NCBI GenBank assembly: GCA_038065555.1
Contig: JBBTQS010000003.1
Location: 92,266 to 152,372 of the forward strand
DNA length: 60,107 nt
Direction of reading: 5' to 3'
Origin: Patescibacteria group bacterium
GTDB taxonomy: Bacteria > Patescibacteriota > Patescibacteriia > Magasanikbacterales > JBBTQS01
Shown here: one piece after another, positions 45,286 through 53,483 of the stretch
How positions within the stretch are numbered: position 1 is the stretch's first letter
Layout: the number at the start of each line of letters is the position of its first letter
Translations under genes and position numbers: made by a program
Notes under the pieces: generated by a model
Told to the model about the DNA's origin: nothing
What the model saw: only the letters and a program-made list of their open reading frames with translations
Databases searched by the model: none

Positions 45286-45600
45286 CTATTTCAGGATAAT
45301 ATTCACCAGTGTGAGCACGATTGCGAAAAGCAATGCGGAACCGAATCCCTTGATCTCAAATCCAGGAACAACAGCTGCTGCAAGCATGATAAGGGCTGCA
45401 TTGATCACGATCGTGAACAGTCCAAGTGTGAGAATGTTCACGGGCAACGTGAGAATGAGAATGAGCGGCTTGATGAAAATATTGAGAAGCCCGAGTACAA
45501 CCGCTGCACCAAGTGCAGAGAACACACCAACGCGCGCACCTGGGATTACAAATGAAGTAATACCAATTGCAACCGCTGCGATAAGCCAATGCCAAAACAT
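45286..45600 (-). CDS. Phage holin family protein (Phage_holin_4_2 / former DUF360, YvlD-like membrane protein)
   Basis: MFWHWLIAAVAIGITSFVIPGARV...LNIFIKPLILILTLPVNILTLGLFTIVINAALIMLAAAVVPGFEIKGF... fits this family closely. Confidence 0.75.
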   Translation of the reverse strand: MFWHWLIAAVAIGITSFVIPGARVGVFSALGAAVVLGLLNIFIKPLILILTLPVNILTLGLFTIVINAALIMLAAAVVPGFEIKGFGSALLFAIVLTLVNIILK

Positions 45601-45772
45601 AGTGTGAAGATTACGAGTAGATACTCGAAGCGTAGCAGGGGCAGGGTGGATGCGCAACCACTACACACTCGTTTGATTGACGCTGCTTTTATTGTGTAGT
45701 ATTGTACCGCGTCTGGTCTGCAGCACCAGACATACGTGTTCTTACAACCAAGCTGCAGTGAGAGGTGTACCT

Positions 45773-46417
45773 GTGGATCAACCGATCATAGCCGTGGACA
45801 GGGAGTTCGAAGAACAATCACAACTCAGCGTGTACCTGATGATTGTGCGCGACGCCGATGGATTCTACATCGCATTCTCATCAGCAGACAGTGCATCTGA
45901 GGTTACGTCGCACAGTGACGGTACGGTCGTAGAAGTGTTTCCGGTCGCAATCAGCGGTCAACAGGAAATCATCGCGTGGGGGCATATCGAAGGTCTCCTG
46001 ACGACGTGGCCGGGTATCGGCATGATCGAGACACTCCTGGACGCCGCGTTCCAGAAGGGGCGCGAGATCGAGTGTTTCGAAAGGGTTCTGCATCAAGGAG
46101 ATCCACTGTGTCGGCCGCCGTTCCTCGCGGTGGATTACGAACGGACGAAGTGCGGTACATCGGAGCCTGAGCGCGCTACGATCCTGATCGATGTGGATTG
46201 CAAGACGCGAGCGTTCTTGGCTAACAACACCACGCTCGACACATTCCCGATTCCTGAGGGTGTGCAGGTCGGCTCAGCGCTACCGCGCCTGCTGCGCTGG
46301 CTCGAACAGGCTGGACAGCGACCGACACGGATCTACGTCGTCCGCAATGATGACACTGCGCCACAGTACATCTTCCGCAACGGCGCGATCATCGCACTTC
46401 CGAGCGACGTCGCATAA
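45773..46417 (+). CDS. Hypothetical protein, about 214 aa, GC3-rich
   Basis: GTG 45773 is preceded by a GAGAGG RBS. An upstream TTGATT-18-TAGTAT promoter lies at 45673..45702. The track ORF starts further upstream at TTG 45677. Confidence 0.55.
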   Translation: MDQPIIAVDREFEEQSQLSVYLMIVRDADGFYIAFSSADSASEVTSHSDGTVVEVFPVAISGQQEIIAWGHIEGLLTTWPGIGMIETLLDAAFQKGREIECFERVLHQGDPLCRPPFLAVDYERTKCGTSEPERATILIDVDCKTRAFLANNTTLDTFPIPEGVQVGSALPRLLRWLEQAGQRPTRIYVVRNDDTAPQYIFRNGAIIALPSDVA

Positions 46418-46422
46418 CGCGA

Positions 46423-46476
46423 AAGCCCCTGGGCACTTCGTTCATCAGAACGTTGTGACCAGGGGCTTCGTCTTTT
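46423..46476. terminator. Long-loop hairpin terminator
   Basis: AAGCCCCTGG...CCAGGGGCTT (10 bp) followed by CGTCTTTT. Confidence 0.5.
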
Positions 46477-46487
46477 ATAGAGAATGC

Positions 46488-47024
46488 TTACGCCTTCTTT
46501 TTCTTTGCAGCTGCCTTCTTCGCAGGCTTTGCTTCCATGACCTCAGCGATCACTTCAGCAACTTCAGCTACAGCTTTCTTCGATTCTTTCTTTGGGTTGA
46601 GTGCAGACGCGAGAGTCTCCACTGCGCGGATGAGCTGATCGAGCTTGCCGTTGACGTTCTGGAGCTCGCGAGTCATTGCGCCGTTGTCAGCAGCTGGTGC
46701 TGATGGGCGCGCTGGGCGATCTTCGCCATAGCTAGGACGTGGAGCTGGACGATCGAAATCACGCTTTGGAGCGCGCGAACCGTCGAAGTCACCCTTCTTT
46801 GCGCCGAAGCACTTGCCGCAGAAGATTGGACGTTCGCCAGTTGGGCGAAATGGTACTTCGCAGTTGTCACCACAGTCGCTGCATACTGCTGGGTGCATGC
46901 CACCTGGTGCGCCGCCGCGGTCACCACCGCCAAAGCTGCGTCGTGGTCCAAAACTTGGACGATCATTATAGCTACCTTCACGGCGGAATCCGCCACCTCG
47001 ATTGTTCCCGCCTTGATATGGCAT
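46488..47024 (-). CDS. CxxC-x17-CxxC domain protein with RGG-rich N-terminus and Lys/Ala-rich tail
   Basis: CSDC-GDNCEVPFRPTGERPIF-CGKC (17-residue spacer counted); N-terminal GGNNRGGGFRREG...GGGDRGG; C-terminal AKPAKKAAAKKKKA. Confidence 0.8.
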   Translation of the reverse strand: MPYQGGNNRGGGFRREGSYNDRPSFGPRRSFGGGDRGGAPGGMHPAVCSDCGDNCEVPFRPTGERPIFCGKCFGAKKGDFDGSRAPKRDFDRPAPRPSYGEDRPARPSAPAADNGAMTRELQNVNGKLDQLIRAVETLASALNPKKESKKAVAEVAEVIAEVMEAKPAKKAAAKKKKA

Positions 47025-47035
47025 AGGATCTTTGA

Positions 47036-47605
47036 TTACTTGAGTATTTCTTCTATTAATTCGCCGATCCCAATGTTCTTCGCGCTGGAGAACGGGATGA
47101 CTTTGTGGAAGCCTGCAGCTTCCCGAACCTTTTGCAGTTTCGCATCGTACTCGCTGGCCTTGATTTTGTCAACTTTGTTGGCCACAACGACAAAATTCTT
47201 GCGCGCTGCGTCGAGCGCATTGATCATATCGACGTCATCTGGCGTCGGTCCGACATTGGCGTCTACGATGAGCGCCAGTACTTTTTGCTGGTATTCTGTG
47301 CGAAACAGGTACCAATTGATCACCTTGTGCAACCATTCGCGCTCTTCTTGCGAGCCCGAAGCGAACCCATACCCTGGCAAGTCCAACAAATAGTAGTTCT
47401 TGTTGAGCAGATACACGTTGATTTGGCGTGTTTTGCCTGGTTTGTTGCTCGACTGCGCGAGATTCTTGCGTCCCACGATCGCATTGATCGTCGACGACTT
47501 GCCTACATTGGAACGCCCAATAAACGCGATTTGCGGCTTCTCTCCGGCCAAAATCGCGTCAGTTCCGACCACTCCTTTTACAAAGGTAGCTGACGTAATG
47601 CGCAT
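47036..47605 (-). CDS. engB: Ribosome biogenesis GTPase YihA/EngB
   Basis: G1 GRSNVGKSSTINAI, G3 DLPGYGF, G4 NKVDK. Confidence 0.9.
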   Translation of the reverse strand: MRITSATFVKGVVGTDAILAGEKPQIAFIGRSNVGKSSTINAIVGRKNLAQSSNKPGKTRQINVYLLNKNYYLLDLPGYGFASGSQEEREWLHKVINWYLFRTEYQQKVLALIVDANVGPTPDDVDMINALDAARKNFVVVANKVDKIKASEYDAKLQKVREAAGFHKVIPFSSAKNIGIGELIEEILK

Positions 47606-47678
47606 AGTTTTCGTATGCTACAGCATTTGTAGAGGTTTGGCTAGGGCTCGATGTCGGTGCATGGTACACTGTGCCTAT

Positions 47679-48266
47679 ATGCGTATCATTTTTGGACTCA
47701 TTGTTGCGTTGGTGTTCGTTGGTGCTGGTTGCGGGGAGGAGACTGTCGCAGATCGAGGAGTAGTAGCGCCGACTCCAGATGTCGCGCGTGCATTTACCTT
47801 TGATCAGATCGAAATGGAAGGCGGTGGTATTCAGGAATGGATGAGCTCACTCGTTGGACAGAACAAGCGCGTTCGATTGCCCGTGATTAGCGTATACGGA
47901 TTTGCGTGCGAGACTCCGACGCAGTACTGCGTATCGACCATCAATGGCGGCTGCTATGGTCCGTTTGTGCAGTTCACAGGGAATACGGAATTGATTGACG
48001 CACGTCGCAACGCGTGTGCGAAGACATGTGATAACGCAGAGATCTATGATCTGGAGACCGCGGAATGTTCGCTCGAATTCACAGACAAGAACTGCGCGGT
48101 GATGTGGGATGTAGAAGGAACGATCACTGCAGGAGCACCTCCAAATCCTGTTCTTGTTGATGAGCGCTGCAGCGCGGGCGAGCCTGTGTACACAATCAAT
48201 GTAGATCGCGTTGTAGGACCAATTGATGCACCTGCTGACGAATTTGAAATCCGCGAGTACCGGTAG
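47679..48266 (+). CDS. Hypothetical Cys-rich lipoprotein
   Basis: MRIIFGLIVALVFVGAGC lipobox at the internal ATG 47679, with eight further Cys in the mature part. The upstream part of the track ORF is antisense to engB. Confidence 0.6.
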   Translation: MRIIFGLIVALVFVGAGCGEETVADRGVVAPTPDVARAFTFDQIEMEGGGIQEWMSSLVGQNKRVRLPVISVYGFACETPTQYCVSTINGGCYGPFVQFTGNTELIDARRNACAKTCDNAEIYDLETAECSLEFTDKNCAVMWDVEGTITAGAPPNPVLVDERCSAGEPVYTINVDRVVGPIDAPADEFEIREYR

Positions 48267-48268
48267 TA

Positions 48269-48904
48269 CTACGCTTGAGGTTTTTTGATGACCTGAATTA
48301 CTTTGCCGCTGATCGTGAATACGTCGTCCTCGTGAATATAAATCGGCGGGAATTCACGTGTTGAGTCTGAGAGAAGTGTGATGCAGTTGTTCGCTGCGTC
48401 AGATTTGTATCGCTTGATGTTGGCCATGTCATCGATCACACTGACGACGATGTCATTGTCTTGTGGTGTTCGTACCTCGCTGTCTACGATCACATAGTCA
48501 CCGTCTTCGATATTCTTGCCGTCTACATTGGCGCGATTCATCGAATGACCATCTGCTTTGATGGCGAATACGCGGGAAGTTTTTTTGAGCATGCGTGAGG
48601 AGATCTTCAGGTAGCCTTCGAGTTGTTCCTCGGCGACGATGGTTGCCGGGCCGCAATTGGCGCTGCCGAAGATTGGGATAGAGACGAGTGTGCTGCTGCC
48701 TGTGAGCGCGCCTTGGCGCACACGTTCTATGGTGTTGCGTCGTTTGTCGATGCGCAGCAGTCCCTTTTTCTGGAGTTGTGTCAGGTGGTGGTGGATCTTT
48801 TGCGCAGATGGTTCGCCAATAATCTCGCCTATTTTACGCAAAGAAAGCGCGCCCAACTGGGACGCGTCTGCTGCCTTGAGGAGTTTCTCCTGCGTGGAGT
48901 GCAT
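48269..48904 (-). CDS. lexA: LexA repressor
   Basis: N-terminal winged HTH (LSLRKIGEIIGEPSAQKIHHHLTQLQKKGLL) and S24 peptidase core (AIKADGHSM...GDYVIVD...). Confidence 0.9.
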   Translation of the reverse strand: MHSTQEKLLKAADASQLGALSLRKIGEIIGEPSAQKIHHHLTQLQKKGLLRIDKRRNTIERVRQGALTGSSTLVSIPIFGSANCGPATIVAEEQLEGYLKISSRMLKKTSRVFAIKADGHSMNRANVDGKNIEDGDYVIVDSEVRTPQDNDIVVSVIDDMANIKRYKSDAANNCITLLSDSTREFPPIYIHEDDVFTISGKVIQVIKKPQA

Positions 48905-48910
48905 TGCCCT

Positions 48911-48960
48911 ACTATAGGGGATAACTCGAGATTTATCAACAAGTTATCCACATCTGTGGA
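48911..48960 (-). promoter_or_regulatory. lexA promoter with operator-like repeats
   Basis: Minus strand: TTGATA (48939..48934), 17 nt, then TATAGT (48916..48911), only 6 nt before the ATG. GATAA-N8-TTATC spans the spacer. TCCACA-tc-TGTGGA (48947..48960) includes a perfect TTATCCACA (48944..48952). Confidence 0.4.
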
Positions 48961-49000
48961 AAACCGGAAAACTTGACACTCCGAACGAATTTTGAATTTG

Positions 49001-49585
49001 CTAAAGCAAATCGAAGAACGCTTTGCGCGTTTCGTATGCGTCTCGCACTTCTTCGCGTACGTTGTCGAACAAAATTTTTGTGTGAAAGTCGCGTTCGATT
49101 TTCGGCAGGGCCCAGGCTCGGATTTCCTCGGGGGATTGCGTGAGGCGGCGTTCTCGTGTTGCGCGGTCGTAGAAGTCAGAAGTGAGATGGATGACAGCAT
49201 CTGCAGTTGCCATCACTTTGCCTTCGAGCGTCATTGGGAGTTGTCCGTCGCGACAGCTGTGCAGCGTAATTGCATCGTCGACAATGGTTTTGATCTCGTC
49301 GGGTGCAAATGCTGCCTCAGTGAGGAGCTCACGGGCGATGCGTTTGCTCTCTTCGGAATGCATGGGATTGAAACGGCTCATCACTGCGTCGGCGATGTCG
49401 TGAAGCATCCCGGCGGCCATGGCGAGCTCTTTGTCGGCACCAAATCGGTCTGCGAGTCTGCCTGCCTCGTCTGCAACCAAAAATACATGATCAGTGTAGA
49501 GCCAGTCTGCCCACTCTGCGCGGCCTTCGTGGCGGGCTTGGTAGAGCGCGTCAATTTTTTCTTTGAGCTTTGCGAGGCGATGCAT
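49001..49585 (-). CDS. HD domain phosphohydrolase
   Basis: ...VFLVADEAGRLA...AGMLHDIADA... HD motif. Confidence 0.75.
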   Translation of the reverse strand: MHRLAKLKEKIDALYQARHEGRAEWADWLYTDHVFLVADEAGRLADRFGADKELAMAAGMLHDIADAVMSRFNPMHSEESKRIARELLTEAAFAPDEIKTIVDDAITLHSCRDGQLPMTLEGKVMATADAVIHLTSDFYDRATRERRLTQSPEEIRAWALPKIERDFHTKILFDNVREEVRDAYETRKAFFDLL

Positions 49586-49594
49586 AGGAATGAG

Positions 49595-50389
49595 CTAATG
49601 AAGTGTTGCTAGTGCGTTGAAGACATGTTGGTTCACAATTTCAATTTCGTCCGGGTTGTGTCGATAATCGTGGCCAATGCCTGGGATAGTGACAAAGCGT
49701 TTGGGTTGATTCGCGCGTTCGTAAATTTTTGCTACTTCCTCTGGTACGACGATATCATCCTTTTCGCCAGCGATGAGTACGATCGGTGCGTGCACTGCAC
49801 TGATTTCTTCGAGTACATGATATTGTAATCGATCGATGACGTGCGTATAGGGGACTACAACTTCTCGTCGGTCGGATGTCCCTGGAACGTCTCTCGAGAC
49901 TGTGCGCACGCCGCTGATCTTCCATGCATCGATGATCGTTGCATTGGCAGGACGTGCAAATGAGTATGCGCCCATGATGTCGACTACGCAGGTAATGCGC
50001 GAGTCGCGTGCAGCGTAGAGCATCGCAACAAATCCACCCATGCTGTGGCCGGCGATGAGGATCTCGGTGTACGTCGAGGTGCTGCACATGTGATCTATGA
50101 CACTCTGCACATCCTCGAGATACTGTGTAACCGTGTATAGCTCAATGTTGCCGGCACTTGCCCACGTGCCAGTGGGGTCGAATCGCACGGCGGTGTATCC
50201 ACGATCTGCCAGTTCGTCCGCTAATGCCACGAGATGTGCATAATCCTTGGAGTCCACAAACCCAGGACAAAGAACGGCGAGTTTCCCTGTAGGAGCGTTC
50301 GGAGCGTGGATCGCAGCAGCAAGCGCACTTTCTTCGGGGTGGATGAGGGCTGGGACTGAGGGCATATTTATCATTACAGCAGAGTGCAC
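49595..50389 (-). CDS. Alpha/beta hydrolase
   Basis: Nucleophile elbow GHSMGG, with Asp/His candidates downstream (...GEKDDIV..., GIGHDYRH). Confidence 0.8.
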   Translation of the reverse strand: MHSAVMINMPSVPALIHPEESALAAAIHAPNAPTGKLAVLCPGFVDSKDYAHLVALADELADRGYTAVRFDPTGTWASAGNIELYTVTQYLEDVQSVIDHMCSTSTYTEILIAGHSMGGFVAMLYAARDSRITCVVDIMGAYSFARPANATIIDAWKISGVRTVSRDVPGTSDRREVVVPYTHVIDRLQYHVLEEISAVHAPIVLIAGEKDDIVVPEEVAKIYERANQPKRFVTIPGIGHDYRHNPDEIEIVNQHVFNALATLH

Positions 50390-50541
50390 GTTTTTGCGAT
50401 AGGCCTAGAGAATAATTGCAGAACAACGGGAAAAACCAAAACCCGCCCATCTGTGATAGATACGGCGGGTTCTGTTGGGTGGTTCTAGTCACTCGTCTAG
50501 AATGTTCGTTTGAGTAAGGCGATGGATCTTTTGGTTCGGAT

Positions 50542-51072
50542 TTACATCTCCTCCTCCGCTTCATCGCCGATGAAGACGATTTCCACGTAGACAGCTCGGG
50601 AGTTGGCGTCATTGACGACGAATATCCGGTAGGAGCCGTCTCCGTAACCAGATTCACTGACACAGCCCCATGGGAATACACCTCCGCCATGCGGTCCGTT
50701 GGTGAGCTCACATGCCTGACCGTAGAACGTCGTCAGATCCCTGTGTGTGCCATGTCCGTTTCCTTGCGTGCGATACGTTTCGGCGTCGAAGATGCCGCAC
50801 ATGCCCCGATCTACACCCGCCTCCCAGTCGAGCTTGACCCTGTCCCTAATCACCGAGTTCTCGTCGGGATTCAGGACGAAAGATTCGTGGTGTGCGAGCA
50901 GTCGATGCACTCGTTTTCCATCGCGGGGATTCTGGTGGATCACCACGTGCGCAGTCCAGGTCCCTGGAACGGCTGGAGTCTGCCCCGCACACCAGATGCC
51001 TATGGTGTAGCTAGGATCGGTGATCCGTACGGAGTCAGAAGTGACAGTGAACGTGCCGAGTGTGTGTCTCAC
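50542..51072 (-). CDS. DUF4241-like protein, paralogue 1 (GTG start)
   Basis: ...GVFPWGCVSESGYGDGSYRIFVV... resembles the DUF4241 GDGxY end. It is roughly two-thirds identical by eye to 52355..52930. Confidence 0.55.
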   Translation of the reverse strand: MRHTLGTFTVTSDSVRITDPSYTIGIWCAGQTPAVPGTWTAHVVIHQNPRDGKRVHRLLAHHESFVLNPDENSVIRDRVKLDWEAGVDRGMCGIFDAETYRTQGNGHGTHRDLTTFYGQACELTNGPHGGGVFPWGCVSESGYGDGSYRIFVVNDANSRAVYVEIVFIGDEAEEEM

Positions 51073-51181
51073 GGAGTGCCCTCGCTAGGTTGGTGGTTTT
51101 TCGAATCCTGCTCGCGCAGGACGCTCTATATAAACATAGTGAGTAAGGAATGTCAAAGTACGCTCTCAGCGATAGTGATGC

Positions 51182-51556
51182 TCAAGTGTGATGTTTTTGG
51201 ATTGCTTTGCTGATTTGCTCCAGCAACTCAGTTGCATTTGCGTATTCGAGTTTTGTGTCTGTAACTGATGCGAGTGCGCTCGAAGGAGTTGTCCCGGATT
51301 TGTAGACGCAGACAATGGGCACGCCTGCAGCATTCGCCCAGCCGAGCTCGATCCCCATGCCAGTCGAAGGGAACGAAACCTCCGCGATCACAAGATCGCA
51401 TCCGTTTGCAAACAGCTCTCGAGAACTAAAGAGCGCGTCGCTCGCGTCGTGCGGCAATAAGAAGGTGTGCTCTGTGCCGAGCGTGCTTTCTTTGATCGGA
51501 ATATAAAGCTCAGTTCGGAAATCGAAATTACTGGAGTGGGCGATGTAGATGCGCAT
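51182..51556 (-). CDS. Nucleoside 2-deoxyribosyltransferase-like protein
   Basis: MRIYIAHS... and ...CDLVIAEVSFPSTGMGIELGWA... (the catalytic-Glu context of the NDT family). Confidence 0.6.
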   Translation of the reverse strand: MRIYIAHSSNFDFRTELYIPIKESTLGTEHTFLLPHDASDALFSSRELFANGCDLVIAEVSFPSTGMGIELGWANAAGVPIVCVYKSGTTPSSALASVTDTKLEYANATELLEQISKAIQKHHT

Positions 51557-51624
51557 ACGGTTTCGGTACTTTTGTTCACTATACATGAGAAACGCAGGGG
51601 CTCATATTTTCGCGCAAGCTGTGC

Positions 51625-51668
51625 TGTAAACAAAGTACATCGCCGTCAGGCGATGTACTTTGTTTACA
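51625..51668. terminator. Perfect 20-bp hairpin between two minus-strand genes
   Basis: TGTAAACAAAGTACATCGCC-gtca-GGCGATGTACTTTGTTTACA. Confidence 0.55.
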
Positions 51669-51710
51669 CGGGGGAATGGAAACAGGCGACCGATCCCAGC
51701 GTGGCGAAAG

Positions 51711-52139
51711 CTATTCAACCTCGATAGAATTCTGGATAGTCTCGAGAACTTTCTTGGTAGCGTCGTCACCAGTCTTGTAGAAAAGTGCGCTTGCTACCTT
51801 ACCATCTTTGCCGTGGTACTTAATGTCCTTTGGGAATTCATCTTTTTGATCCTGGGTCATGTTGCGCGTTGGAGCTGGAGCTGCATCAGGCTCAAAGTCG
51901 CCAATCATGATTTTGCCACTTGGGCCTGAAATAGTCGTAATGCCTTGTGCGTCCTTTGTAGCTTGGTAGTTGCTTGGATAGAGCGCCAAAAATTCATCAC
52001 CAGTGTAAGACGTCATTCCTACTGATTCCGAATTGTTCCCCCAGCACTTCGCGTACGAAGTTTGCCAGCAGTAAACCCCGATGCCTACGACAAGAGCAGT
52101 GACAATCACTGCGAGCATCATTTTTGCTGTCTGCGACAT
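51711..52139 (-). CDS. Hypothetical membrane-anchored protein
   Basis: N-terminal TM helix (MMLAVIVTALVVGIGVYCW); 142 aa; no family recognised. Confidence 0.55.
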   Translation of the reverse strand: MSQTAKMMLAVIVTALVVGIGVYCWQTSYAKCWGNNSESVGMTSYTGDEFLALYPSNYQATKDAQGITTISGPSGKIMIGDFEPDAAPAPTRNMTQDQKDEFPKDIKYHGKDGKVASALFYKTGDDATKKVLETIQNSIEVE

Positions 52140-52354
52140 GTAAAAAAGATTAAGATTTTCTCAAGTATAGAATAAGGGGGGTAATCATGCAATGCAATAA
52201 ATCATAATTCTTTTGCATGCGACGGTGTCAATCGCGGTGCGTTGTTCCTTGAGAGGTGTCAAAACAACGAAGCCAGCGCATCCCAAAGGAATACACTGGC
52301 TTCAAGTTGGTGTGCTGATTTGTTTCAGCTGTTGGTGTAGGATCTGGCGTGATC

Positions 52355-52930
52355 CTACGAGGCGTGCAAGGACGCGCCACGCTCTTTGGTCCGGGTTTGC
52401 GCCACGTCTTCCTCGGTTTCATCGTCGATGAAGACGACTTCCACGTAGACAGCTCGAGCGGTTGCATCCCTGACAACGTAAATCCAGTAGAAGCCGTTCC
52501 CGTGGCCAGCCTTGCTGACGCAGCCCCAGGGGAAGACACCCGCGCGATTTTGTTTGCGGATGAGTGCGGAGGCCTGACCGCAGAACGTCGTCGGATCCTT
52601 TTCGGTGCCTTGTCCGTTGCCCTGTGTACGGTACATGTTGGCATCGAAGATGCCGCACGATCCGTAATCTACGCCAGCCTGCCAGACGAGACGGACCTTG
52701 TTCTCCACCCGCACAGTTTCGTCGGGGTTCAGGATGAACGATCTGTGGTGTGCGAGTAGTCGGCGCACTCGTCTCCCGTGGCGTGGACTCTGACGGATTA
52801 CCACATGTGCTGTCCAGGTTCCTGGAACAGCTGGTATTTGCCCTGCGCACCAGCGATCTGAGGTGAAGCCGGGATCTGTGATCCGTATCGAGTCAGAAGT
52901 GACAGTGAATGTGCCGATTGCGTATCTCAC
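52355..52930 (-). CDS. DUF4241-like protein, paralogue 2 (GTG start)
   Basis: GTG at 52928..52930 with an AGGGAG RBS, aligning with the start of paralogue 1. The upstream part of the track ORF (to 53425) is antisense to the 53057..53440 gene. Confidence 0.55.
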   Translation of the reverse strand: MRYAIGTFTVTSDSIRITDPGFTSDRWCAGQIPAVPGTWTAHVVIRQSPRHGRRVRRLLAHHRSFILNPDETVRVENKVRLVWQAGVDYGSCGIFDANMYRTQGNGQGTEKDPTTFCGQASALIRKQNRAGVFPWGCVSKAGHGNGFYWIYVVRDATARAVYVEVVFIDDETEEDVAQTRTKERGASLHAS

Positions 52931-53056
52931 GGAGTCTCCCTTCGCACTGTTCGTGGTTTTTTGGATTCTGCTTGCGCAGGACAATACAGTACACCCTGTA
53001 TTTGTTTCGTCAATCAATATGTCAAAGAATTCTTGTATCAGGTATGATAGGGGTAT

Positions 53057-53440
53057 ATGCGATTGTCGACCCTGTTGCGGGGTGTGCGAATAGCCCTCGT
53101 TGCCTGTGTGATTGCTCTGCTGCTTAGCAGCGGTGTGATTGTTGCTGCTACGATGCAGCATGAGGCGCACATGGCGATGACGGGCTGCCCGTTCATGCCA
53201 GGAGAGAAGACGATCTGTCTCATGGACGTCTTCGATCATATGGCGATCGCGCAGCAAATTGCTGCAGTGGTCGTGCCGCTCATGCTCCTGTATCTCATTG
53301 TGTGGGAAGTGTGGAAGACTGCTGCATTGATCGTGCCGCAACAGCATGCGCGTCCGCCTTCGCGGCGACAGTCTCCCAGTGTTGCTCCATTGTTTGAGCA
53401 ACTTTTCGCAGACGGAATCCTTCATCCCAAGGCACCGTAG
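53057..53440 (+). CDS. Hypothetical two-TM protein with His/Met/Cys-rich loop
   Basis: TM helix, then MQHEAHMAMTGCPFMPGEKTICLMDVFDHM, then a second TM helix. It lies immediately upstream of the DUF305 gene. Confidence 0.5.
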   Translation: MRLSTLLRGVRIALVACVIALLLSSGVIVAATMQHEAHMAMTGCPFMPGEKTICLMDVFDHMAIAQQIAAVVVPLMLLYLIVWEVWKTAALIVPQQHARPPSRRQSPSVAPLFEQLFADGILHPKAP

Positions 53441-53483
53441 TGAATGAATGTGCGTGTGCGAACATTATTCATTCATTTCTTGT

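Noticed and set aside
45286-45600. Holin-family gene as evidence of a prophage lysis cassette
   Set aside because: There is no endolysin, spanin or phage structural or regulatory gene nearby. This family (former DUF360) is common as a chromosomal membrane protein.
52931-53425. Upstream 165 codons of the 356-aa track ORF 52355..53425
   Set aside because: This part is antisense to the 53057..53440 membrane-protein gene. Homology with paralogue 1 begins exactly at GTG 52930, which has its own RBS.
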